Below are positions 1 to 7,463 of a stretch of DNA of 20,292 bases, one piece after another. Under the pieces are notes generated by a model. It worked only from the letters and a program-made list of their open reading frames with translations, ran no database searches and had not been told where the DNA came from. The position numbers were made by a program, and so were the translations under genes. Position 1 is the first letter of the stretch; every line of letters begins with the position of its first letter. The stretch comes from Candidatus Eiseniibacteriota bacterium (GTDB lineage: Bacteria; Eisenbacteria; RBG-16-71-46). The stretch is taken from positions 1 to 20,292 of the forward strand of contig JANLWX010000212.1 in the NCBI GenBank assembly GCA_031364845.1. Reading direction: 5' to 3'.

Positions 1-100
1 CAAGATCAAGGTCCAAGATCTCGTCACGCAGGCGGCCGCAAAGACCGGTGAGAACATCCAGGTACGTCGGTTCGTCCGATTCCGTCTCGGACAGGATTGA
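1..100 (+). CDS. tsf: Elongation factor Ts, 3' end only (partial)
   Basis: Frame from position 2 reads [32 protein letters not shown], stop TGA 98-100. This matches the EF-Ts C-terminal 'GENIxVRRFxRF' motif and lies directly upstream of pyrH. Not in the supplied ORF track. Confidence 0.93.
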   Translation, partial: KIKVQDLVTQAAAKTGENIQVRRFVRFRLGQD

Positions 101-107
101 GGGCGCG

Positions 108-821
108 GTGGCTTCGCGATACCAGCGGATCCTGCTCAAGCTGAGCGGCGAGCAGCTCGCGGGTGCAGCCGGGCACGGCATCGACGAGAACATCATGTCG
201 GGGCTCGCGGAGGAGATCCGCGAGGTGCACGATCTCGGCATCCAGATCGGCATCGTGTGCGGCGGCGGCAACATCTTTCGCGGGCTGGCCGCCAGCACGC
301 GCGGCATGGACCGGGTCGGCGCGGACTACATGGGCATGCTCGCGACCGTGATCATCAGCCTGGCACTGCAGCTTGCGCTCGAGCGGCGCGCGCTCTACAC
401 CCGCGTGATGTCGGCGATCGAGATGGCGCGCGTGTGCGAGGAGTACATTCGCCGGCGCGCGGTGCGGCACCTCGAAAAGGGGCGCATCGTGATCATGGCG
501 GCCGGCACAGGGAATCCGTATTTCACGACCGACACGGCCGCGGCACTGCGCGCGATCGAGATCGGGGCCGACGTGATTCTCAAGGCGACGAAGGTGGACG
601 GTGTCTACACCGGCGATCCCAAGAAGGATCAGTCGGCGACGCGGTTCACCGAGATCAAGTACATGGATGTTCTCAACCGCGGTCTCAAAGTGATGGATTC
701 CACGGCGATCTCGCTGTGCAAGGAAAACAAGCTGCCGATCGTGGTATTCGATGTCGGTACGCGCGGCAACCTGATGAAGGTCGTCCAGGGCGAGCCGGTC
801 GGAACCGTGATCCAGGAGTGA
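108..821 (+). CDS. pyrH: Uridylate (UMP) kinase
   Basis: Motifs [53 protein letters not shown]. Start moved to GTG 108 because the track start (48) lies inside tsf. Confidence 0.98.
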   Translation: MASRYQRILLKLSGEQLAGAAGHGIDENIMSGLAEEIREVHDLGIQIGIVCGGGNIFRGLAASTRGMDRVGADYMGMLATVIISLALQLALERRALYTRVMSAIEMARVCEEYIRRRAVRHLEKGRIVIMAAGTGNPYFTTDTAAALRAIEIGADVILKATKVDGVYTGDPKKDQSATRFTEIKYMDVLNRGLKVMDSTAISLCKENKLPIVVFDVGTRGNLMKVVQGEPVGTVIQE

Positions 822-823
822 CG

Positions 824-1381
824 ATGAGCGATCCGCATGTGACAAGAGCTGAAGACCGGATGAAGAAGATCATGGAAGGGACCCGCAAGGAGTTCGCGAA
901 CATCCGTTCGGGCAAGGTGTCCCCGGCGCTGCTCGACGGCGTGAAGGTGGACGCGTACGGTTCGATGGTGCCGCTCAATCAGGTGGGCTCGGTGAGTGCA
1001 CCCGAGGCGCGCCTGCTGGTCGTGCAGCCGTGGGACAAGGGTCTCGTGAAGGCGGTGTCGAAGGCGATCCAGCAGTCGGATCTCGGGTTGAACCCGACCG
1101 ACGACGGCTCGCTGGTGCGCATTCCGATTCCGACCCTCACCGAGGAACGCCGCAAGGACATGGTGAAGATGATCTCGCGGCTCGCTGAGGAAGGCCGGGT
1201 TCATCTGCGCCAGGTCCGGCACGATCTCAACAAGGAGATCAAGTCCGAGGAGCACGAGCACGATGTGTCCGAGGACGATGCGAAGCGGCTGACGGCGGAG
1301 GTTCAGAAACTCACCGACCGTTACGTCGCGATGGTGGACGAGCTGCTGAAGAAGAAGACCGCCGAGGTGATGGAAGTCTGA
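824..1381 (+). CDS. frr: Ribosome recycling factor (185 aa)
   Basis: ATG 824, 2 nt after the pyrH stop. Motifs IRSGKVSPALLD, VDAYG, PLNQV, QPWDK, DLGLNP, PTLTEERRK, VQKLTD. tsf-pyrH-frr synteny. Confidence 0.98.
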   Translation: MSDPHVTRAEDRMKKIMEGTRKEFANIRSGKVSPALLDGVKVDAYGSMVPLNQVGSVSAPEARLLVVQPWDKGLVKAVSKAIQQSDLGLNPTDDGSLVRIPIPTLTEERRKDMVKMISRLAEEGRVHLRQVRHDLNKEIKSEEHEHDVSEDDAKRLTAEVQKLTDRYVAMVDELLKKKTAEVMEV

Positions 1382-1512
1382 GAGTTACCGACGGTCACGG
1401 CCCGGATGACGCGCACAGGACGACGCCCGGCGCCCGCGGCCGCATCGTTTCATCCAGCTTCCCCGTACGTTCATGAGGCGCGCCGGGCGGGCGTCTCGTG
1501 AAACGCGCGGGC

Positions 1513-1692
1513 AGCCCGGACTATTCATGAACCGCCAGCCGAGAATGCGTGACGACGGCCAGCCGCAAGGCGTGGGATCGGGTGCACCGCAGACGTGTCA
1601 GGAGACACGTCGAGGAGCGCACCGATTCCGCAACGCAGCGGATGGCCGTCGTCACGCATTCGCAGGCGGCGGGCTCATGAATAGTCCGGGCT
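1513..1692. repeat. ~180-bp long imperfect inverted-repeat element (MITE-like or structured RNA)
   Basis: Perfect 18-bp terminal IR AGCCCGGACTATTCATGA (1513-1530) / TCATGAATAGTCCGGGCT (1675-1692). Perfect 19-bp inner IR GAATGCGTGACGACGGCCA (1543-1561) / 1643-1661. Further nested pairings end in the apical hairpin GACGTGTC-AGGA-GACACGTC (1592-1611). The repeat is seen directly; its identity is uncertain. Confidence 0.9.
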
Positions 1693-1704
1693 AGGGAGGA
1701 CGCC

Positions 1705-2616
1705 ATGGAATCGGCGACCGGCGCGGCGGCTCCCTCCGGCGTCGAGCCGCCTTCGGGCGGCGAGCCCGCGGCCAAGCCGGGTTCCGCATGGTCCTTGCGC
1801 CTTCGCGTCGCGAGCGGCGTGCTGTTCGTTCCCCTGTTGGTGCTGCTCGCTCGCGCCGGCGGTTTCGCGTTCCTAGCCTTCGTGATGCTCCAGGTATTTC
1901 TCGGCGTCGCCGAGTTCTACGGCCTGATGCGCGCGAAAGGTCTGATGCCGCAGCGCACCGTCGGCATCACGGCGGCACTCCTGCTGTTGTTGAGCAGCTA
2001 CCGGCCCGACATCGTGCCGCGCGAGTTGCTCGTGACGTTCGCTCTGCTCGCGCTGCTCGGGTTCGGCCTGAGCCGCCCGCAGGCGAAGAGCGTCGAGAGT
2101 CTCGCGGTGACCGCATTCGGCGTGCTCTATGTCGGCTGGCTCTCCGCGCATCTCGTGCTGCTGCGCGAATTGCCGTGGCAGGCGGGAACTGAATACGCCG
2201 CGGGCGCGTCGTTCGTGCTGCTCGCCTTCTTCCTCACGTGGAGCTGCGACACGGGCGCCTACGGCTTCGGCCGCGCATTCGGCAAGCGGCGGCTGTGGGC
2301 GGAGATCTCGCCGCGCAAGACGGTCGAAGGCTCGATCGGCGGCTTCGTGTGCGCGATCGCCGCGGCGTGGATCGCGCGCGCGTGGTTCGCGCCGTACCTG
2401 CGTCCATGGGATGCGGTCGCATTGGGGGTGCTGGTCGGTGTGTTCGCGCAGGTCGGCGATCTGGTCGAATCGCTGCTCAAGCGCGATGCGCAGGCGGGCG
2501 ACAGCTCCGACATCATCCCCGGTCACGGCGGTGTGCTCGACCGCTTCGACAGTCTCTACTTCGGCGCGCCGATCGTGTTCTACTACCTCAAGTACGTGAT
2601 CTTCCAGACACCATGA
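1705..2616 (+). CDS. cdsA: Phosphatidate cytidylyltransferase
   Basis: Polytopic hydrophobic protein with WSCDTGAY, ISPRKTVEG, GDLVESLLKR and DSSDIIPGHGGVLDRFDS. SD GGGAGGA at 1694-1700. Confidence 0.97.
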   Translation: MESATGAAAPSGVEPPSGGEPAAKPGSAWSLRLRVASGVLFVPLLVLLARAGGFAFLAFVMLQVFLGVAEFYGLMRAKGLMPQRTVGITAALLLLLSSYRPDIVPRELLVTFALLALLGFGLSRPQAKSVESLAVTAFGVLYVGWLSAHLVLLRELPWQAGTEYAAGASFVLLAFFLTWSCDTGAYGFGRAFGKRRLWAEISPRKTVEGSIGGFVCAIAAAWIARAWFAPYLRPWDAVALGVLVGVFAQVGDLVESLLKRDAQAGDSSDIIPGHGGVLDRFDSLYFGAPIVFYYLKYVIFQTP

Positions 2617-3788
2617 ACGCCCTTCACGACTCCGCGCCGCGTACGCTCGCGATCCTCGGTGTCACCGGATCGATCGGCCGCCAGGCGCTCGAGGTGGTCG
2701 ACGAAGCAGCGGGACGGCTGGTGCCGGCCGGGATGGCGGCCGGGCGTGATCTCGCGGGGTTGATCGCCGCCGCGCGCCGGTTCGCCCCGAAGTGGCTCGC
2801 GCTCGAACACGCTGCGGACCCCGCGCGAGCGAGACGTGCGTTGCTCGATGCGGTCCCCGGAACCGAGGTGCGCGTGGGGCCCGGTGCCGCGGCATGGCTC
2901 GCCGGCTCGTGCGATGCCGGCATCGTGCTCAACGGAATCGTGGGTGCGGCGGGACTCGCCGCCTCGCTCGCCACGCTCGAGCGCGGCGCGCGGCTGGCAC
3001 TCGCGAACAAGGAGACGCTGGTGATCGGCGCGCCGCTCGTGCGCGCGGCCCTTTCGAAAGGCGGCGAGCTGCTGCCGGTCGACAGCGAGCACAGTGCTGC
3101 GCATCAATGTCTGGGCGGACGGCCCTCGCACGAGATCGCGCGCATGACGCTCACCGCCTCGGGCGGCTCGCTGCGCCGGCATCCGGACTGGCGGCGCGCC
3201 ACACCGGCCGAAGTGCTCGACCATCCGGTGTGGAGCATGGGGCCGCGCATCACGGTGGATTCCGCGCTGCTGTTCAACAAAGGCCTCGAGCTGATCGAGG
3301 CGCATGCGCTGTTCGACGTGCCGTGGGAGCGGCTCGATGCGGTGCTCCATCCGCAGGCGCTGGTGCACGCCCTGATCGAGTTCCGTGACGGCTCGACCAT
3401 GCTCCACGCCGCGCGTCCCGACATGAAGGTTCCGATCCGCTACGCGTGCTCGTGGCCGGAGCGCTGGGACGACGACGGAGACAAGATTCACGCGGAATCC
3501 CTCGCGGGACTCGAGTTCGGCCCGATCGCGCGGGGACGCTATCCGGGATTCGACGTTGCGCTCGATGCGGGCCGCGCGGGAGGGACCGCACCGTGCGTGC
3601 TCAACGCGGCGGACGAAGTCGCGGTCGCCGCGTTCCTCGACGGTGCGATCGGACTGGCGCAGGTGCCGGAGCTGGTGCGGGGCGTGCTCGAGGCGCACGA
3701 GCCGGAACCGGTGGAATCGCTCGCCCAGCTCGAGGCCGTGGATGCGCACGCGCGCGCCGCGGCGCGCGAACTGATGGTGCGCGCATGA
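2613..3788 (+). CDS. dxr: 1-deoxy-D-xylulose-5-phosphate reductoisomerase
   Basis: ATG 2613 overlaps the cdsA stop (ATGA). Motifs LGVTGSIG, ALANKETLV, PVDSEHSA, LTASGG, HPVWSMG, NKGLELIEAH, PDM, LNAADEVAV. Confidence 0.97.
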   Translation: MNALHDSAPRTLAILGVTGSIGRQALEVVDEAAGRLVPAGMAAGRDLAGLIAAARRFAPKWLALEHAADPARARRALLDAVPGTEVRVGPGAAAWLAGSCDAGIVLNGIVGAAGLAASLATLERGARLALANKETLVIGAPLVRAALSKGGELLPVDSEHSAAHQCLGGRPSHEIARMTLTASGGSLRRHPDWRRATPAEVLDHPVWSMGPRITVDSALLFNKGLELIEAHALFDVPWERLDAVLHPQALVHALIEFRDGSTMLHAARPDMKVPIRYACSWPERWDDDGDKIHAESLAGLEFGPIARGRYPGFDVALDAGRAGGTAPCVLNAADEVAVAAFLDGAIGLAQVPELVRGVLEAHEPEPVESLAQLEAVDAHARAAARELMVRA

Positions 3789-4021
3789 GCGCGGTGTTGC
3801 GATCGCTCGATCCGCCCGATGCCGGACGCCTCGCGCGCCTGATCGCGAAGCTCAAAGGCACACCGGCGCTGGTGTGGGGCGACTTCGTGGTCGATGAGTA
3901 CGGGCGTTGCCGCAGCTCGCGCGTGTCGCGCGAGGCACCGGTGCTGGCGACGGCACCGGGGACCACGGCGGCAACGCGTTTCCCAACCTCGTCCGTCAGA
4001 CGATCACCGCGGAGTCGATGA
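3785..4021 (+). pseudogene. Truncated D-glycero-D-manno-heptose-7-phosphate kinase (HldA/RfaE domain I, PfkB family) remnant, 78 aa
   Basis: ATG 3785 overlaps the dxr stop. LVWGDFVVDEYGRCRSSRVSREAPVL matches the RfaE kinase N-terminus (VxGDxxxDxY...RISxEAPV). Similarity then stops and the frame ends at 4021, whereas full kinases are roughly 300+ aa. Confidence 0.82.
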
Positions 4022-4521
4022 CGATGCGCCGCGCCGCTTCGAAGATCGTCGACGTCGCCGAATGCGCTTCGGAGATCCGCGCATGGCGCGCCGCCGGGGA
4101 AACCGTCGTGTTCGCGAATGGAGTCTTCGACCTCGTCCACGCCGGGCATGCCCGCTATCTGAGTGGTGCGCGCGCCCAGGGCACGCGGCTCGTGGTGGGC
4201 ATCAACTCCGATCGCTCGGCCGCCGGGCTCAAAGGCCCAGGTCGGCCGGTGCTCGGCGAACGCGAGCGCGCGCTCCTGATCGCCGCACTCCGTGTGGTCG
4301 ATCGCGTGGTGCTGTTCGATGAGCACTCGGCGGATGCGTTGCTGGTCGTACTCGCACCCGACCTCCATGCGAAAGGCACCGACGATCGTCCCGACCCGGT
4401 GCCGGATCGCGCGACGATGGCCACGCTCGGCGGACGCACGGTGGTGGCGGGCGATCCCAAGGATCACGCGAGCCGTGAACTGTACGAGCGCGTGCGCGAA
4501 CGCCACCGGAGCGGAGCATGA
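4018..4521 (+). CDS. hldC: RfaE domain II-like (HldC) heptose-1-phosphate adenylyltransferase / cytidylyltransferase-family protein
   Basis: VVFANGVFDLVHAGH (HxGH motif), LVVGINSDRS, LKGPGRP, VDRVVLFDE, PDLHAKGTD, GDPKDH. Start is ATG 4018 or 4024 (GGAG at 4011-4014). Confidence 0.88.
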   Translation: MTMRRAASKIVDVAECASEIRAWRAAGETVVFANGVFDLVHAGHARYLSGARAQGTRLVVGINSDRSAAGLKGPGRPVLGERERALLIAALRVVDRVVLFDEHSADALLVVLAPDLHAKGTDDRPDPVPDRATMATLGGRTVVAGDPKDHASRELYERVRERHRSGA

Positions 4522-5594
4522 TCCGCCGCATCCTGGCGTTGCGCCCGCGCGCGCTCGGCGACGTGGTGCTCACGACGCCGGCCCTGCGCGCGCTGGTTCG
4601 CGGCCATCGCGGCGCCACGCTCGATGTCGTGACCGAGCGCCCGTACGCGCCGCTCGTGGCCGGCCTGCCGGAAGTCGCCCGGGTGTGGACGATCGATCGC
4701 ACCGCGCGCGGCACGCTCACCCTCGGATCCGAGCTGCGCCGCCAGCGCTACGATCTGGCGGTCGACTTCTTCGGCAATCCGCGCACCGCCCAGCTCGTGC
4801 GCATGAGCGGCGCCAGGATTCGCGCGGGCTACGATCTGCGCGGGCGCGGAAGTGCCTACACGTTGAAGGTCGCGCGCAGTGTCGCCCCGGTACACGGCGA
4901 GCGTGAATACGCCGCGGCCGTGCACGTGCGGCTCGCGGTCGCGGCGGGCGGGGTGGAAGATGGACTCGGCACGCGTATCGCGCTCGAGGATTCCGCGCGC
5001 ACGGAGGCCACTCGCGTGCTGTCGGTCGCGGGGGTGCGTGATCCCGCAAGAACGATCGGCCTGATCGCCGCTGGAACGTGGGCGACGAAGACGTGGCCCT
5101 GGTCCCATGCCGCCGCGCTTGCGCGGGGGCTCATGGCGGCGGGGTGGGAGGTGCTGGCGCTCGTGGGTCCCGGCGAGTCCGCGGTCTCAGCGACGCTCGA
5201 ACGCCTGGCACCGGGTGTGTGCGTGCTGCCGTCGTGCGGCGTCGCCACGCTCGCGGCGGTGATCGCAAAGCTCGCCGCCGTGACCGGCACCGATAGCGGC
5301 CCGCGCCACCTCGCGGTGGCGCTCGGCGTGCCGTCGTTCGCGTGGTTCGGCCCGACGCATCCCGACACGTGGTCGCCCGACGATCCGCGCCATGGATTCT
5401 GGTGGACCTCGCTGCCGTGCCGCGGCTGCGATCGCACCGCGTGTCCGCACTGGAACTGCATGCCGTCGCTCGCTCCCGGGCGCGCGGTGGAACTGGTGCT
5501 CGACCATCTCGACCGGACCCGCGCGCTCGCGCAGGCCGGCGCCCAGGACGATGTCCGACCGACTGCCGATCTCCGTACTCCTGCTGGCGCGTGA
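4518..5594 (+). CDS. Glycosyltransferase family 9 (WaaF/WaaC/WaaQ-like heptosyltransferase)
   Basis: RILALRPRALGDVVLTTPAL, YDLAVDF, TKTWP, TDSGPRHLAVALGVP, FGPT, and a C-terminal CxxC-x4-C-x4-C cluster. ATGA overlap with the upstream gene. Confidence 0.93.
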   Translation: MIRRILALRPRALGDVVLTTPALRALVRGHRGATLDVVTERPYAPLVAGLPEVARVWTIDRTARGTLTLGSELRRQRYDLAVDFFGNPRTAQLVRMSGARIRAGYDLRGRGSAYTLKVARSVAPVHGEREYAAAVHVRLAVAAGGVEDGLGTRIALEDSARTEATRVLSVAGVRDPARTIGLIAAGTWATKTWPWSHAAALARGLMAAGWEVLALVGPGESAVSATLERLAPGVCVLPSCGVATLAAVIAKLAAVTGTDSGPRHLAVALGVPSFAWFGPTHPDTWSPDDPRHGFWWTSLPCRGCDRTACPHWNCMPSLAPGRAVELVLDHLDRTRALAQAGAQDDVRPTADLRTPAGA

Positions 5595-6378
5595 TTGCGC
5601 TGTGGACCTCGATGCGCTGCTGCCGGCGCTCGGGTTCGCGCGCGACACGGTGGTGGTGGTCGACGCCGCGAGCGATGCCGCGACCCGCGAAGTCGCCGAG
5701 CGCCACGGCGCGCGCGTGTTCGTGCGCGCACTCGACGGCTTCGGCCCGCAGCGCCAGTTCGCGCTCGAACAGTGCCGTGAGGACTGGGTGCTGTGGATCG
5801 ACACGGACGAGCGCCTCGATGGCGGCGCGCCGCGCGCGATCGCGGAGGCGCTCGCGTCGAACGCCGCCGACGGCTACCGGCTGGCGCGCGACGGATGGTT
5901 TCTCGGACGCCGCATCCGCTACTGCGGCTGGGGCGGAGAGCGCGTGCTGCGTCTGTTCCGGCGCGCGCACGCGCGCTTCGACGGTGCGGCGGTGCACGAG
6001 CAGGTCGCCGTCCGCGGCACCATTGCCGATCTGCCTGCGCGGCTCGCGCATCACAGCTACGCCTCGTGGTCCGACTGCCGCGACAAGCTCGTGCGCTACG
6101 CGCGCGCGGGCGCGCTCGAAGCGCGCCGCCGCGGACGGCGGGCGAGCGCGTTCGACGTCGTCCTGCGCCCGCCGCTGCGTTTCGTGCGCATGTACGTGTG
6201 GCAGTTCGGATTTCTCGACGGTGGCCATGGTGTGGTGCTGTGCGCGCTCGCTTCGGCTCAGGTGTTCCTCAAGTACGCGGAGTTGTGGGCGGGCCTCGAG
6301 CGCGACTCCGAGTCGATGACGCATCCCGCCGGGCATTCGTCTTCAGGAACCGAAGCGTCGACGGAACCGCGCGCGTGA
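5551..6378 (+). CDS. Glycosyltransferase family 2 (KdtX/WaaE-like LPS core glucosyltransferase)
   Basis: ATG 5551. Motifs GFGPQRQFALE, DWVLWIDTDERL (DxD), RLFRR, VHEQV, HHSY, GFLDGGHG. Confidence 0.92.
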   Translation: MSDRLPISVLLLARDCAVDLDALLPALGFARDTVVVVDAASDAATREVAERHGARVFVRALDGFGPQRQFALEQCREDWVLWIDTDERLDGGAPRAIAEALASNAADGYRLARDGWFLGRRIRYCGWGGERVLRLFRRAHARFDGAAVHEQVAVRGTIADLPARLAHHSYASWSDCRDKLVRYARAGALEARRRGRRASAFDVVLRPPLRFVRMYVWQFGFLDGGHGVVLCALASAQVFLKYAELWAGLERDSESMTHPAGHSSSGTEASTEPRA

Positions 6379-7463
6379 GCGCGTTGCGCGTCGTGTTCTT
6401 CGGGGCCTGGGATCCCGGCTATCCACGCAATCGCATCCTGCGCGCGGGACTCGCCGCCGCCGGCGTGGAGGTGACCGAGGCGCGCGTGCGCGAGCGCCGC
6501 GCGGTGTTCCGCTTTCCCGAGCTGGCGCTGCGCCATGCACGAGCCGTGCGCGAAGCCGACATCGTGTTCGTGCCCGAATTCCGCCACAAGGACGTTCCGA
6601 TCGCGCGGCTGCTCGCGGGCCGCAAGCCGGTGGTGTTCGACCCGCTGGTCTCGCGTTGGGACACGCTGGTGCGCGACTGGGGGCTTCACGCGGAACGTTC
6701 GGGGCAGGCGCGGTGGAATCGCGGCCTCGACCGTTTCGCGCTGAGCCATGCCGACCTGGTGCTGTGCGACACGTGGGAGCACGGTGCGTTGTTCGAACAG
6801 CTCGGGGCTACGCGCGAGCGCCTGCTTCGGGTGCTGGTCGGCGCCGAGCGCGAATTCTTCGACATCGGATCGCCCGAGGACGTCGGGCCGGTGACGATCC
6901 TCTATGTCGGTGGATTCCTGCCGCTGCACGGCGTGCGCCACGTGATCGAAGCAGCCGCGATCATGGAGCGAGCGACGGAGCTTCCGGAATTTCGCTTTCG
7001 CATGATCGGCCGCGGGATCGACTTCGACGATGTGGGAGAGCAGGTCGCGGGTCTGGGACTGAAGCGCGTGGTCCTGGAAGGACCGCATCCGTACTCCGAA
7101 GCTCCGCAGGCGTTCGCCCGCTCGCACATCGTGCTCGGAGCCTTCGGGACCACCGACAAGGCGGGGCGCGTGATCCCGCACAAGGTCTATCAGGGCGTCG
7201 CCGCGGGCCGCGCGGTCGTGACCGGCGACAGTCCCGCCGTGCGCGAAGTGTTCACGCCACGCATCCATCTGTCGACCGTGCCGCACGGAGACGCGGCCGC
7301 ACTTGCCGAATCGTTGATGCGCCTGGTGCGCGATCGCGCGATGCGCCTGCAAATGGGCGAACGCGCGCGGGCGCGGGCGCTCGAGGTCGCGACGCCCGAG
7401 TGCATTGGTGCGGGCCTCGCGACTGCACTCGAAGCGCTGCGGGCGAAGGCGGCCGCTCGTTGA
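6375..7463 (+). CDS. Glycosyltransferase family 4 (GT-B)
   Basis: GTG 6375 overlaps the GT2 stop. Motifs YPRNRIL, VVFDPLVS, ADLVLCDT, LYVGGFLPLHGV, LGAFG...KAGRVIPHKVYQGVAAGRAVVTGDSP. Confidence 0.88.
   Translation: MSALRVVFFGAWDPGYPRNRILRAGLAAAGVEVTEARVRERRAVFRFPELALRHARAVREADIVFVPEFRHKDVPIARLLAGRKPVVFDPLVSRWDTLVRDWGLHAERSGQARWNRGLDRFALSHADLVLCDTWEHGALFEQLGATRERLLRVLVGAEREFFDIGSPEDVGPVTILYVGGFLPLHGVRHVIEAAAIMERATELPEFRFRMIGRGIDFDDVGEQVAGLGLKRVVLEGPHPYSEAPQAFARSHIVLGAFGTTDKAGRVIPHKVYQGVAAGRAVVTGDSPAVREVFTPRIHLSTVPHGDAAALAESLMRLVRDRAMRLQMGERARARALEVATPECIGAGLATALEALRAKAAAR

Noticed and set aside
257..823. N-terminal extensions in the ORF track for frr (257), dxr (2238), GT2 (5392), the GT4 genes (5793, 6656) and the last Omp85 gene (16367)
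   Set aside because: They overlap upstream genes or lack homology. Downstream starts with overlap coupling or an SD fit the family N-termini.
1513..1692. 6S RNA or CRISPR interpretation of the 180-nt element
   Set aside because: The size fits 6S, but there is no large central unpaired bubble and the stems are too perfect. The repeats are inverted, not direct, with no spacers or cas genes.
1473..1694. 73-aa ORF (and the 84-aa minus ORF 1521-1775) across the palindromic element
   Set aside because: No motifs and no UppS similarity; better explained by the inverted-repeat sequence.
2613..3788. Divergent DXR motifs (SGGSLR, DSALLF, HPQALVHA) as a sign of inactivation
   Set aside because: Metal- and substrate-binding motifs (DSEH, HPxWxMG, NKGLE) are intact and the ORF is full length.
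3907..4017. Programmed frameshift fusing the kinase stub to the adenylyltransferase (HldE-like)
   Set aside because: No slippery sequence is visible, and the fusion would still lack most of the kinase domain.
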